The position numbers were made by a program, and so were the translations under genes. From an uncultured Ruminococcus sp. (lineage in GTDB: Bacteria > Bacillota > Clostridia > Lachnospirales > Lachnospiraceae), in assembly GCA_900066355.1 (NCBI GenBank), contig FMEL01000017.1, positions 11,935 through 75,934 of the forward strand: 64,000 nt of DNA, read 5' to 3'. Within the stretch, counting starts at the first letter, position 1. Each line of letters begins with the position of its first letter. Below the pieces are notes generated by a model. It worked only from the letters and a program-made list of their open reading frames with translations, had not been told where the DNA came from and searched no databases. Positions 9,380 to 18,548 of the stretch are shown one piece after another.

Positions 9380-12300
9380 ATGGATGCAAATAATTTAAAA
9401 AAGGCTTTTGAACTTTTTGTAAAATTGCAGGATAAGAAAGTAAAACTTAGTAATGTTGATGGAAAAATAAAATATAGAGCGCCGTCAGGAATTATGACAA
9501 ATGAAGTCATAGAGGAAATAAGAAAATGTAAAAATGAACTTCTGACAATTATTAATTGTACCGAGCATCCAGAAAAACTATGGAAAGGAAAGCAAGGAGA
9601 CAGTTTTCCATTAACAGATGTACAGTCTGCGTATTTGATTGGAAGAAAAAATATTTTTCAATATGGAAATGCAGCGTGCCACATTTATATGGAGGTTGAG
9701 TATTCTGAATTGGATTCTCAGCGTGTAGAGGAAGTGTGGAATATTCTAATTAATCGACATCCTATGCTGCGAGTAATCTTTAGTGATACAGGAATTCAAA
9801 AAATTTTAAGAGATACTCCTTGGTATACGTTGTATACAAATCGCAACATAACATATACGCAAGAAACTTTGCAAACTGAATTAGGACATAAAATATATGA
9901 TGCTTCAAAATGGCCTATGTTTGATATAGGGTGTGTATCTGGTCACAATAAGGCTATTCTGGGTATTTCTATCGATTTTATGATAGCGGATTGGGCAAGC
10001 ATATGGATATTAATAGACGAATTTGAAAAGTTATATCAAAATCCAACGGCTTCATTACCTAGAATTGAATACAATTTTAGTGATTATATATACTGTGAAA
10101 AAGTAAAGAAGTATACACCAAAATATTTTTCTGATCGTGAATATTGGATAGAACGCTTAGCTGAGTTTCCTGAAAAACCGGATCTCCCTATTATTAATGC
10201 TGTTGAGAATATTGATAAAAATGTTATATTTAAAAGATACAAATTTGTTGTTGAAAAAAACAAGTGGAAAACTATACAATTGATTTCTAGTAAGATGGGA
10301 TTGACAAGTTCTGCTGTTATTTTATCTGCATACGCTATGGTTATTTCAAAATGGAGTACCAACAAAAAATTTGTTATGAATTTAACGACTTTAAATAGAA
10401 ACAGTTATGAAAGCAAAGTAAATAATATTGTTGGGGATTTTACTTCAATAAATTTGTTGGCAGTTGATTTCTCAATTCAGAAGAGTTTTAGAGAATACGT
10501 GAAACAAATTCAGCAACAATTATTAACAGATATGGAACATAAGTTTTTTTCTGGTGTTGAAGTATTACGTGAATTGTCTCAAGGCAAAGAGAATATTATC
10601 ATGCCATATGTATTTACTAGTGGAATTGGAGTGATCCGGAATACTAAGAAAGAAGGTTACCATGGTAAATATTATCAAAATGGTATTTCTCAAACTCCAC
10701 AGGTGTTTATTGATTGTCAAGTGTTTGATCAGGACGATGAGTTATTAATAAATTGGGATGTGCGAGAAGGAATTTTTTTGCCTGAGGTTATAGATGAAAT
10801 GTTTTTAATGTTTCAAGATTTAATTTGCAATTTTTTGATTGACGCAGAAAATTGGAATGTAGAAAAGGTGACTGCTATATTAAATAAAAACATTAAAATT
10901 AGTAAGAAAAAATATGATTTGCCGAGTGGCTTGTTGTATTCTTCTATTTTGGAAATGGCAGAATTATGTCCCGAAAAAGAAGCAGTTCAAGATGAAAATG
11001 AAATATGGTCTTTCAGTAAATTAGTAAGAAAAAGCTGGTTCGTTCAAAATAAACTTCAACAGGAAGGGTGCATTCCAGGAGATCTTGTGGGGATTTTTAT
11101 GCCAAAATCAAACTATCAAATAGCAAGTGTTCTTGGCGTTTTAATGAACGGATGCACATATGTACCGATAGATATTCAACAACCTAAGAAACGCATAAAT
11201 GAAATTATTGAACAGGCGGGAATAAAATATGTTTTGATAAGTAGTTGTAGCAAGATAGAGTTAATGTTTTTAGATGTTAAGTACATTTATGCAGACAAAC
11301 AAAACAATGAAATAATTACAAAACAAATTCCGCAAGTCCCCAATAGCAGCATAGCGTATGTTATTTTTACATCTGGGAGTACGGGAAAACCTAAGGGGGT
11401 TGCTATTTCTCATTTGTCTGCATTGAATACAATATATTATGTAAATAAAATGCTGAATATTTCCACTAATGATATAGTTTTTGGAGTATCTCGATTAAGT
11501 TTTGACTTATCAGTTTATGACATATTTGGAATTTTGTCGGCAGGAGGAAAATTGTTCTTACCTGATGAAAACAGAATTGCAGATCCTTCTTATTTATTTG
11601 AGACGATAGTGAAACAAAAAATTACTGTATGGAATTCTGTTCCAGCCATAATGCAGATGATTCTGGAATACAGAGAAAATGAAAAAAGAACGGAACAGTT
11701 TAACATAAGGTGCTCATTGCTGTCTGGTGATTGGATACCGCTCACTTTGCCAGAAAGATTAATCTCTGCTTGTATGGAAAAAACACGGGTAATTAGTTTA
11801 GGTGGAGCAACAGAAGCAGCAATTTGGTCAATATATTATGAATATGAATACCTTTTTGATGAATGGAAAAGTATACCATATGGAAAAGCTCTTCCAAATC
11901 AAGAAGTTTATGTATTGGATAGTAAAAAAGAAATATGCCCGTTGGGTGCTGTTGGAGATATTTTCATTTCTGGTATAGGATTGGCAAAAGGGTATTTAAA
12001 TGAACCGCTACTAACCGAGAAAGCATTTATTATGGTAAATGGAGAAAGAATGTATGATACAGGTGATAAAGGAAAATATTTAGAAGATGGAAATATTGAA
12101 TTTTTAGGTCGGCGTGATACTCAAGTAAAATTGAATGGATTTAGGGTTGAGTTAGGAGAAATCGAGGCTAATATAGAAAAAATTAAATCCGTTAAATATG
12201 CTGCAGTTTTGTGTAGAGAAAAGGGACGAGAAAAAAGAGTAATTGCATATGTTGAACCGCAGCCATCTGAATTTACGGAAGATTTTAGCCTATATGTATT

Positions 12301-13651
12301 AAATGAGTTAAAACGAATGCTTCCGGCATATATGATTCCATACAATATACGTGTAATGAAATTGCCATTAACATCTAATGGTAAAATTGACAGAAAATAT
12401 CTTAAAAATATAGAAATTGTAGAGGATAAAAAAGAGGCAGATACGAAAAACACAATAAATAATGATTCATCTACTTATTTTCCGATAAAAGAGATATGGT
12501 GTAAATTGCTACAGAGAAGCGATATTAGACCAGATTCGGATTTGCGTAGTTTTGGAGCAGATTCTTTGATTATGGCACAAGCAGTTGGAAAAATACGGAA
12601 TTTTTTAAAAGAAAGTGGGAGTCAATGTGATGTACCGTTTGATATATTGCTGAAACAGACGATTAATTCCCCGACTTTGAGTGAGATAGTTTCATACATA
12701 GATCAAATTATTTTAAAAAAAGAAGTGAATAGCAGATATGAAGATGCTGAGGTAAATGAGGAAGAACTTGGCAAGCTAAAAATTCATAAAAAAGGGAAAG
12801 AAGATAAATTAGTTGTGATTTTCCACGCTGGCTTGGGATCGATTGATGAATTTTTACCATTTATACAAGGTCTATGTAATGAAGAAAAGGGGACTATTGT
12901 TAGTATAGCATTAAATAATGTAAAGCAATATTTAGATTTTTATGCAGGGCATTTATATGAGAGTGTTGCTGATAAATATACAAAAATTATACTTGACTTA
13001 GGCTATGATAAAATACAACTTATTGGACATTGTGTTGGCGGAATGATAGCTTTTGAGGTTGCAAAAAATATGATGGATAAGGGAGTTGATGTTATTGATG
13101 TCTCTCTGATTGATAGTATACCAGGGAAATATAGTATTGAGGATGAGGTAGTAATGGAACTAATGTTTTTACCTATGGTAAATATAACGTATCCTGTGTT
13201 GGCGGAATATCAATTAAATGAGCGGGAATTATATGAATATATGGATGAGAAATTTGGAAAATATACAGGAATAGAACAGAAATCTAAAAATAAAGTAGAA
13301 GAATACATAAATGGTCTTCGGGAGATTGAGAAAGAGGAAAGAATAAGACTGTATATAAACAGTGTATCGAAAAATATGCCAATTCAAATGTTTGTCTATT
13401 TATTTGATATATTCAAACAAAGTACAAATGGAGCTATATATAAACCTATACCATATTTAGGTGATATTCGTTTATTTATAGCAGAAGATACAGAGAAAAT
13501 TGTATTCCATCGAAGTGAAGAAGTTATAAATTTTTGGAGAGAAAATTGCATTGGTGATGTTACTGTTATTATGATTCCTGGAAATCATCTTACATGTTTT
13601 ACTGATGTAAACAATATTCAGAAGTTAGTAAATAAGATTACAGAGAAATAG
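9380..13651 (+). CDS. NRPS 2: TubC_N-like docking - Cy - A(Cys-type) - PCP - TE (PchF-like but without embedded MT)
   Basis: 1423 aa. Docking region: VKLSNVDGKIKYRAPSGIMTNEVIEEIRKCKNELL. Cy: FPLTDVQSAYLIGR and DFMIADWAS. A: YVIFTSGSTGKPKGV, FDLSVYD, LLSGDW, GGATEAAIWS, GRRDTQVKLNGFRVELGEIE, NGKIDRKYL. PCP: FGADSLIMAQ. TE: GHCVGG and GNH. Confidence 0.9.
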   Translation: MDANNLKKAFELFVKLQDKKVKLSNVDGKIKYRAPSGIMTNEVIEEIRKCKNELLTIINCTEHPEKLWKGKQGDSFPLTDVQSAYLIGRKNIFQYGNAACHIYMEVEYSELDSQRVEEVWNILINRHPMLRVIFSDTGIQKILRDTPWYTLYTNRNITYTQETLQTELGHKIYDASKWPMFDIGCVSGHNKAILGISIDFMIADWASIWILIDEFEKLYQNPTASLPRIEYNFSDYIYCEKVKKYTPKYFSDREYWIERLAEFPEKPDLPIINAVENIDKNVIFKRYKFVVEKNKWKTIQLISSKMGLTSSAVILSAYAMVISKWSTNKKFVMNLTTLNRNSYESKVNNIVGDFTSINLLAVDFSIQKSFREYVKQIQQQLLTDMEHKFFSGVEVLRELSQGKENIIMPYVFTSGIGVIRNTKKEGYHGKYYQNGISQTPQVFIDCQVFDQDDELLINWDVREGIFLPEVIDEMFLMFQDLICNFLIDAENWNVEKVTAILNKNIKISKKKYDLPSGLLYSSILEMAELCPEKEAVQDENEIWSFSKLVRKSWFVQNKLQQEGCIPGDLVGIFMPKSNYQIASVLGVLMNGCTYVPIDIQQPKKRINEIIEQAGIKYVLISSCSKIELMFLDVKYIYADKQNNEIITKQIPQVPNSSIAYVIFTSGSTGKPKGVAISHLSALNTIYYVNKMLNISTNDIVFGVSRLSFDLSVYDIFGILSAGGKLFLPDENRIADPSYLFETIVKQKITVWNSVPAIMQMILEYRENEKRTEQFNIRCSLLSGDWIPLTLPERLISACMEKTRVISLGGATEAAIWSIYYEYEYLFDEWKSIPYGKALPNQEVYVLDSKKEICPLGAVGDIFISGIGLAKGYLNEPLLTEKAFIMVNGERMYDTGDKGKYLEDGNIEFLGRRDTQVKLNGFRVELGEIEANIEKIKSVKYAAVLCREKGREKRVIAYVEPQPSEFTEDFSLYVLNELKRMLPAYMIPYNIRVMKLPLTSNGKIDRKYLKNIEIVEDKKEADTKNTINNDSSTYFPIKEIWCKLLQRSDIRPDSDLRSFGADSLIMAQAVGKIRNFLKESGSQCDVPFDILLKQTINSPTLSEIVSYIDQIILKKEVNSRYEDAEVNEEELGKLKIHKKGKEDKLVVIFHAGLGSIDEFLPFIQGLCNEEKGTIVSIALNNVKQYLDFYAGHLYESVADKYTKIILDLGYDKIQLIGHCVGGMIAFEVAKNMMDKGVDVIDVSLIDSIPGKYSIEDEVVMELMFLPMVNITYPVLAEYQLNERELYEYMDEKFGKYTGIEQKSKNKVEEYINGLREIEKEERIRLYINSVSKNMPIQMFVYLFDIFKQSTNGAIYKPIPYLGDIRLFIAEDTEKIVFHRSEEVINFWRENCIGDVTVIMIPGNHLTCFTDVNNIQKLVNKITEK

Positions 13652-13667
13652 TATCCGAAATAATTAG

Positions 13668-13994
13668 GTGAATCAATACAATAAGGAGAATGATTACTCC
13701 GATTTCTTCGGAGCCACTTGTCCGGACTTATATGCTAACACCAGATACAACCTGTACCTACGCATGGACAAACTGATGAAAAACCATCTCATGTTCCTGC
13801 ATGACAGAAGGGTTCCGACAAGTAATAATGAAGCCGAGAGACAGCTTCGCAACTATAAAAGAAAGCAAAAGCAGGTCGTGTCCTTCCGGAGTAACCAAAG
13901 CCACGATTATCTCTGTAAAAGCATGAGCATGCTGGTTGTGATGCGACAAAATGAAAGTAACCTCTTTGATAGAGTATCCAGGATTCTGGATTAA
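13668..13994 (+). pseudogene. DDE transposase C-terminal remnant (IS66-like)
   Basis: 108-aa ORF with no N-terminal catalytic region. LMFLHDRRVPTSNNEAERQLRNYKRKQKQVVSFRS fits the F-L-x4-VP-x-(T/D)NNxAER-x-LR C-terminal pattern of IS66-type transposases. A matching IS end follows at 14059-14070. Confidence 0.55.
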
Positions 13995-14057
13995 GAAGAG
14001 CCAGTGGTTTTGACTGATTACAGTTTACACCACCGGCTTTTCTTAATCAAGTTCGCA

Positions 14058-14070
14058 CCTGAACAGTAAC
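14058..14070 (+). repeat. Probable right terminal inverted repeat of the IS66-like remnant
   Basis: CCTGAACAGTAAC lies about 75 nt after the transposase stop. Its reverse complement starts GTTAC. The last 12 nt match 11/12 with the end of the 27-bp mini-elements at 57677-57703 and 60377-60403. Confidence 0.5.
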
Positions 14071-14178
14071 ATAAACAACACGCATACTTCAAAATTCAAA
14101 AAACATCCATGGACTGCGGCCATGAAAATATGCTATACTAACTGTGGTTTACTTATGCTAATCAGGGAGAAAATACAA

Positions 14179-15150
14179 ATGAGCGAACAGCAATTTACAG
14201 ACTTTTTTGACCCGGAAATTCAAAAAATTGTCAGCGAAGATGGCTGCTCCATTTACAGAATGAAAAATGTAACTGGGGAGGGTGTTATCACTCGCTATGA
14301 AATTCTTCCGGGTATTGAATTATTCTATAATGATTTTCACATGAGCGATGGACAGAATCAAAACAAGCTTCCGCACTCTGATGTACTTGAAATCAATCAT
14401 TGCCGGGAGGGACGTTTTGAATGCGAATTTGCTAATGGAGATTATCAGTATGTCGGTGCTGGCGATCTTGCAATTAACCGCCTGACAAACGAAACTACAT
14501 CAACTTACTTTCCGTTGTCGCATTATCACGGCATTTCTATTACCATTGATCTGCCTACGGCAGATCAAACTATGAAGCGGATAGAAAGTGTGATTGGAGG
14601 TCTGAATATAGATGTCTTTTCGATTGCAGATAAGTTTTGCAAGAATGATACCTGCATTGTATTAAGAACTCAAAGCGAAATTGAACATATTTTTTCGGAA
14701 CTTTATCGGGTGGAGCCTCGGATGATCGCTTACTATTTAAAAGTGAAAGTGTTGGAATTGCTGATGTTTCTGAATCAGGTTTCGCTTCAGGATTACCAGG
14801 AAGAACGAAGATATTTTGCAAGAAATCAAGTACAAACAATAAAGAAAATGCAGGAATATATGACAGCTGATCTTCGCAACCATTATACTTTGCAGGAGTT
14901 ATCAGAAAAATTTGAAATTCCTCTTACCTCAATGAAGGTTTGCTTCAAGGGCGTTTATGGGTGTTCTATTTATGCTTATATGAAATCCTATCGTATGCAG
15001 GCTGCCACGATCTTGCTTCGGGATACTTCTGACAGCATAACAGAAATTGCGGCTAAAATGGGATACGATAATCCAAGTAAATTTTCCGAAGTATTCAAAA
15101 AGGAATTTGGAGAACTGCCTTCCGAGTTCCGAAAAAAGTTGTCCAAATAG
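14179..15150 (+). CDS. AraC/XylS-family transcriptional regulator (PchR/YbtA-like position)
   Basis: Track ORF is 14122-15150. I moved the start to ATG 14179, which follows AGGGAG. The C-terminal double HTH reads ...YTLQELSEKFEIPLTSMKVCFKGVYG...ITEIAAKMGYDNPSKFSEVFKKEFGELPSEFR. There is a roughly 190-aa N-terminal ligand-type domain. Confidence 0.85.
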   Translation: MSEQQFTDFFDPEIQKIVSEDGCSIYRMKNVTGEGVITRYEILPGIELFYNDFHMSDGQNQNKLPHSDVLEINHCREGRFECEFANGDYQYVGAGDLAINRLTNETTSTYFPLSHYHGISITIDLPTADQTMKRIESVIGGLNIDVFSIADKFCKNDTCIVLRTQSEIEHIFSELYRVEPRMIAYYLKVKVLELLMFLNQVSLQDYQEERRYFARNQVQTIKKMQEYMTADLRNHYTLQELSEKFEIPLTSMKVCFKGVYGCSIYAYMKSYRMQAATILLRDTSDSITEIAAKMGYDNPSKFSEVFKKEFGELPSEFRKKLSK

Positions 15151-15225
15151 AGGATGTTTGGTCTTTTTAGAGTGGCGGCAAAATACCAGATACAATATAC
15201 TATCATCTGTACTAGCAGATGATTT

Positions 15226-15253
15226 AAGAGCGTCGTGCAGACGCTCTTTTTTT
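15226..15253 (+). terminator. Rho-independent terminator after the AraC gene
   Basis: AGAGCGTC-GTGCA-GACGCTCT forms an 8-bp stem followed by a run of 8 T. Confidence 0.8.
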
Positions 15254-15260
15254 TGAATAG

Positions 15261-15278
15261 AGGTTAGATTGTTCTAAC
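15261..15278. promoter_or_regulatory. Palindrome GGTTAGA-TTGT-TCTAACC just upstream of the importer RBS
   Basis: The 7-bp arms are preceded by AATAGA. A related AATAGAGGTT...GGTTAGA-N6-TAACC sequence recurs at 20232-20259 upstream of the ABC half-transporter genes. Confidence 0.35.
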
Positions 15279-15297
15279 CCGCGAAGGAGTCGGTATT

Positions 15298-16239
15298 ATG
15301 AAACGGGATATGAGAAAATATATCCTACGGAAACTGGTTGAGCTGATATTTACTTTATTGTTTGTAACTCTACTGTCTTTCTTGCTGATGAGACTGTCAT
15401 CCGTTGATCCAGCCACAGCTTATGCAAAGAGGATGATCGGAAACCCCACAGCGGAACAGATTGAAAAGATTCGGATTCAGTTGGGGTTTGATAAACCATT
15501 GCTTGTCCAGTATGGCCGTTGGGTATGGGACTTACTGCATTTTGATTTAGGCGTTTCTTTGGCAAATGGACATGATGTTTGGACGGATATTGCCACAGCC
15601 TTTCCGAAAACGCTTGGAATTGTAGCTCTGGCATCTATCTTTCAGGTTGTTTTCATTGTAATCGTTAGTTGTATTGCCTTTTTACTTCCCTGGAAACTTC
15701 CGAAAAAGGCAGTCAGGCTTTTGTGCATTTTGGGTGTGTCCATACCCTCTTTCTATTTGGCAACCGTTTATCTGGATTATTTTGCTGTTCAAAAGTCATT
15801 AATTTCTGTGGCAGGAAATACAACCCTACTCAGCTACATATCTCCGGCAATCTGCATTGGCGTATTCGGGGCTTCTTTCTATACGCCGCTTCTGATGGAT
15901 GCTCTGGAGCATGAAAGCAACGAGGATTACGCATTTTATGCCCGTTGCCGTGGGCTTTCGGAAAAAAGGCTTTTGCTGTGCCATTTTATTCCGCGGGCAG
16001 CGATGGGTTTAGTTCCAAACTTTTTACAAAGCATTGGTTTGGCACTGGCTAACGCAACGGTGATTGAATCCATTTTTTCAATTCCGGGATTTGGTTATCT
16101 GATTGTAAACCATGTGCTTGATCGCGATACTCCCATGATACACGCCGAGGTGTTTTTTCTGGCGCTGGCGATTGCTCTTTGCAACATTGCCGCTGACTTG
16201 GTGCAGTGGGCAATCGGGCGTAAAAAGGGGGTGGCGTAA
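15298..16239 (+). CDS. ABC importer permease, NikB/DppB/OppB family
   Basis: 313 aa, multi-TM. The N-terminus YILRKLVELIFTLLFVTLLSFLLMRL..DP is typical of the peptide/nickel permease family. Confidence 0.85.
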   Translation: MKRDMRKYILRKLVELIFTLLFVTLLSFLLMRLSSVDPATAYAKRMIGNPTAEQIEKIRIQLGFDKPLLVQYGRWVWDLLHFDLGVSLANGHDVWTDIATAFPKTLGIVALASIFQVVFIVIVSCIAFLLPWKLPKKAVRLLCILGVSIPSFYLATVYLDYFAVQKSLISVAGNTTLLSYISPAICIGVFGASFYTPLLMDALEHESNEDYAFYARCRGLSEKRLLLCHFIPRAAMGLVPNFLQSIGLALANATVIESIFSIPGFGYLIVNHVLDRDTPMIHAEVFFLALAIALCNIAADLVQWAIGRKKGVA

Positions 16240-17040
16240 ATGAAAACGAAGCGTTTTCGAAAATGGTGTGCGATTTTCATTCCAACCCTTGTGATTATTT
16301 TCTTTTTTGCCGGATTTTTATTTGCACCCAACGATCCAATGAAATCAAACTTGTTGGAGAGATATGCTGATCCCAGCGCAGAATATCCGTTTGGTACGGA
16401 TGCTTTAGGGCACTGCATTCTGTCACGGATTCTTTATGGTGGCTGGACAACGCTGGGGATTGTATTAGGAGGCTCTCTTATTGTTTTTCTGCTTGGCACT
16501 GTTATCGGAATGGTGACAAGCCGGGCCATTATGAAAGAAAATGCACTTATTGATGGCCTGATTAACGCTGTTACAGCCATTCCCCCGATTGCGTATTTAA
16601 TTGTGTTTATTGGAGCCTGGGGCAGCGGAGCGAAAACTACTCTTGTCGCGCTCACTGTGTCTTACATTTTGAGATACATAAAACTGGTTCGTACCCGTAC
16701 CGACATGGAAATGGGAAAAGCTTATGTCATGTGTGCAATCGCTTCCGGCGCTTCAAAGCTCAGAATCATGCTGATTCATATTTTCCCGAATTTGATTGCC
16801 GAAATGATTCGCTTTCTGTGCCTTTCCTGTGCGGATATGATTTTGGCTATTACCGGATTTTCCTTTATTGGATTAGGGCTTGGTGATAATGTAGTAGATT
16901 GGGGAAGTATGATTTTAGACGCAAGGGGTGCTTTGGTTCTTCACCCGACCATGATTCTCTATCCAATAGGGGCGGTAATTTTATCGACACTCTGCTTTAA
17001 CGTCATTGGCAGGCAGTTGACAACGAAGGAGGCAGAGTGA
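16240..17040 (+). CDS. ABC importer permease, NikC/DppC/OppC family
   Basis: 266 aa, multi-TM. It abuts the preceding permease gene, and its stop overlaps the next gene's start (GTGATG). Confidence 0.85.
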   Translation: MKTKRFRKWCAIFIPTLVIIFFFAGFLFAPNDPMKSNLLERYADPSAEYPFGTDALGHCILSRILYGGWTTLGIVLGGSLIVFLLGTVIGMVTSRAIMKENALIDGLINAVTAIPPIAYLIVFIGAWGSGAKTTLVALTVSYILRYIKLVRTRTDMEMGKAYVMCAIASGASKLRIMLIHIFPNLIAEMIRFLCLSCADMILAITGFSFIGLGLGDNVVDWGSMILDARGALVLHPTMILYPIGAVILSTLCFNVIGRQLTTKEAE

Positions 17041-17831
17041 TGTTAAAAATTGAACAGTTAGATGTCAAGGAACGGTCAGGCCGCTACCTTCTGAAAGACA
17101 TATCTATGGAAATTCCTGCAGGCCATGTGATTGGACTTACAGGTAAAAGCGGCTCTGGAAAAACAACTTTGCTGCGGAGCATTTTGGGGATGCTTCACAC
17201 AAGCTGTCATATTGATGCCGGGAAAATTTTGTTGGACGATATAGATTTATCACATCTTTCCCGCAAGTCACATCGTGAGCTTTGTGGGAAGAAGCTTGGA
17301 TTTATCCCCCAGAACCCTATGACGGCTTTTGACAGCCGATTAAAAATCGGTTATCAGATGCGGGAAACCTTTGTCAATCGTTTGCATTTGAATACAAGTG
17401 AAGCAACTGACCTGGCGAAAGAGAAACTGGTTTCCGTAAATCTAAAAGACACGGATCGGATTTTGGGTGCGTATCCGTCTGAACTATCAGGCGGAATGCT
17501 ACAACGAGTAGCTGCGGCAATCTTATTGGGAATGTCGCCGGATTATGTTTTAGCCGATGAACCAACCGCTGCATTGGATGAAGAAAACAGGGATTTATTG
17601 CTTCTCATCATGCAGGAGCAAATGAAGGACAAAGGCATATTATTTGTATCCCATGATGTGGCCGCACTTAAAAACTTATGTCAGAACGTTTATGTTCTGG
17701 GAGCCGGAAAAATTATTGAGCATGGAACGATGGATAAACTCTTGTCAAGTCCGCAGACAGACTGGATGAAACAATTTTCCGCGTTGAGCCATAGGGAAAG
17801 TCGGGGTGAATGGAAATGGGAGAAATTGTAA
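17037..17831 (+). CDS. ABC importer ATPase (NikD/DppD-like)
   Basis: Walker A GKSGSGKTT, signature LSGGMLQRV, Walker B VLADEPT. ATG 17040 is an equally likely start. Confidence 0.85.
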   Translation: MMLKIEQLDVKERSGRYLLKDISMEIPAGHVIGLTGKSGSGKTTLLRSILGMLHTSCHIDAGKILLDDIDLSHLSRKSHRELCGKKLGFIPQNPMTAFDSRLKIGYQMRETFVNRLHLNTSEATDLAKEKLVSVNLKDTDRILGAYPSELSGGMLQRVAAAILLGMSPDYVLADEPTAALDEENRDLLLLIMQEQMKDKGILFVSHDVAALKNLCQNVYVLGAGKIIEHGTMDKLLSSPQTDWMKQFSALSHRESRGEWKWEKL

Positions 17832-18547
17832 TCCAGAATGTAAATCAGGTATATCATAATGTGAACCAGGGAGATTTTAATGCGCTTTCGGACATCAACC
17901 TCCACCTTTGTAAAGGTGAAAGTCTTGCTATTGAGGGAGAAAGCGGATCGGGAAAAAGCACGCTGGCAAGACTTCTGATCGGCATTGAGAAACCAACTTC
18001 TGGCAAAATATTACTGGATGGTGAAGATATAACCTGTTGGAATTATCGAACATGGAAACAGCACCGTAAAAAAATACAGGCTGTTTTTCAGGATTCTTCC
18101 GGCACTTTAAATCCTGCCAGGTCTGCATACGCAAATGTAGAAGAAGCACTGGTGAACTTAACTGATAAGAAAAGAGCCGAAAGAAAAAAACATATTTTAG
18201 ATTTGATGGATGCCGTACACATGGATTATGGGCTTTTGGAAACGCCTGTCCGTCAGCTTTCGGGCGGCGAACAGAGGCGGCTCTCTTTGCTTCGGGCGAT
18301 TGCCGTGGAACCTGATTACTTAATCATGGATGAAGTGACCAGCGGGCTTGACCTGATTTCGGCGGATGCCGTACTTACTTTAGTAGAGAACTTTGTGAAG
18401 CTATCCGGCAGCTCCTGCATTTTCATTACGCATAGCAGAAAGGACGCAATGCGTATTGCAAATCGGATTATCATCATGCGGGAGGGACGGATCGCCGAGC
18501 AAGGCTATCTAATAGATCAATTATCAAACCAGAAAGGACAAGGATAA
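17810..18547 (+). CDS. ABC importer ATPase (NikE/DppF-like)
   Basis: Walker A GESGSGKST, signature LSGGEQRRL, Walker B LIMDEVTS. Confidence 0.85.
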   Translation: MEMGEIVIQNVNQVYHNVNQGDFNALSDINLHLCKGESLAIEGESGSGKSTLARLLIGIEKPTSGKILLDGEDITCWNYRTWKQHRKKIQAVFQDSSGTLNPARSAYANVEEALVNLTDKKRAERKKHILDLMDAVHMDYGLLETPVRQLSGGEQRRLSLLRAIAVEPDYLIMDEVTSGLDLISADAVLTLVENFVKLSGSSCIFITHSRKDAMRIANRIIIMREGRIAEQGYLIDQLSNQKGQG

Positions 18548-18548
18548 C

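Noticed and set aside
13758-13949. 63-aa minus-strand ORF
   Set aside because: It is antisense to the transposase remnant. Shadow ORF.
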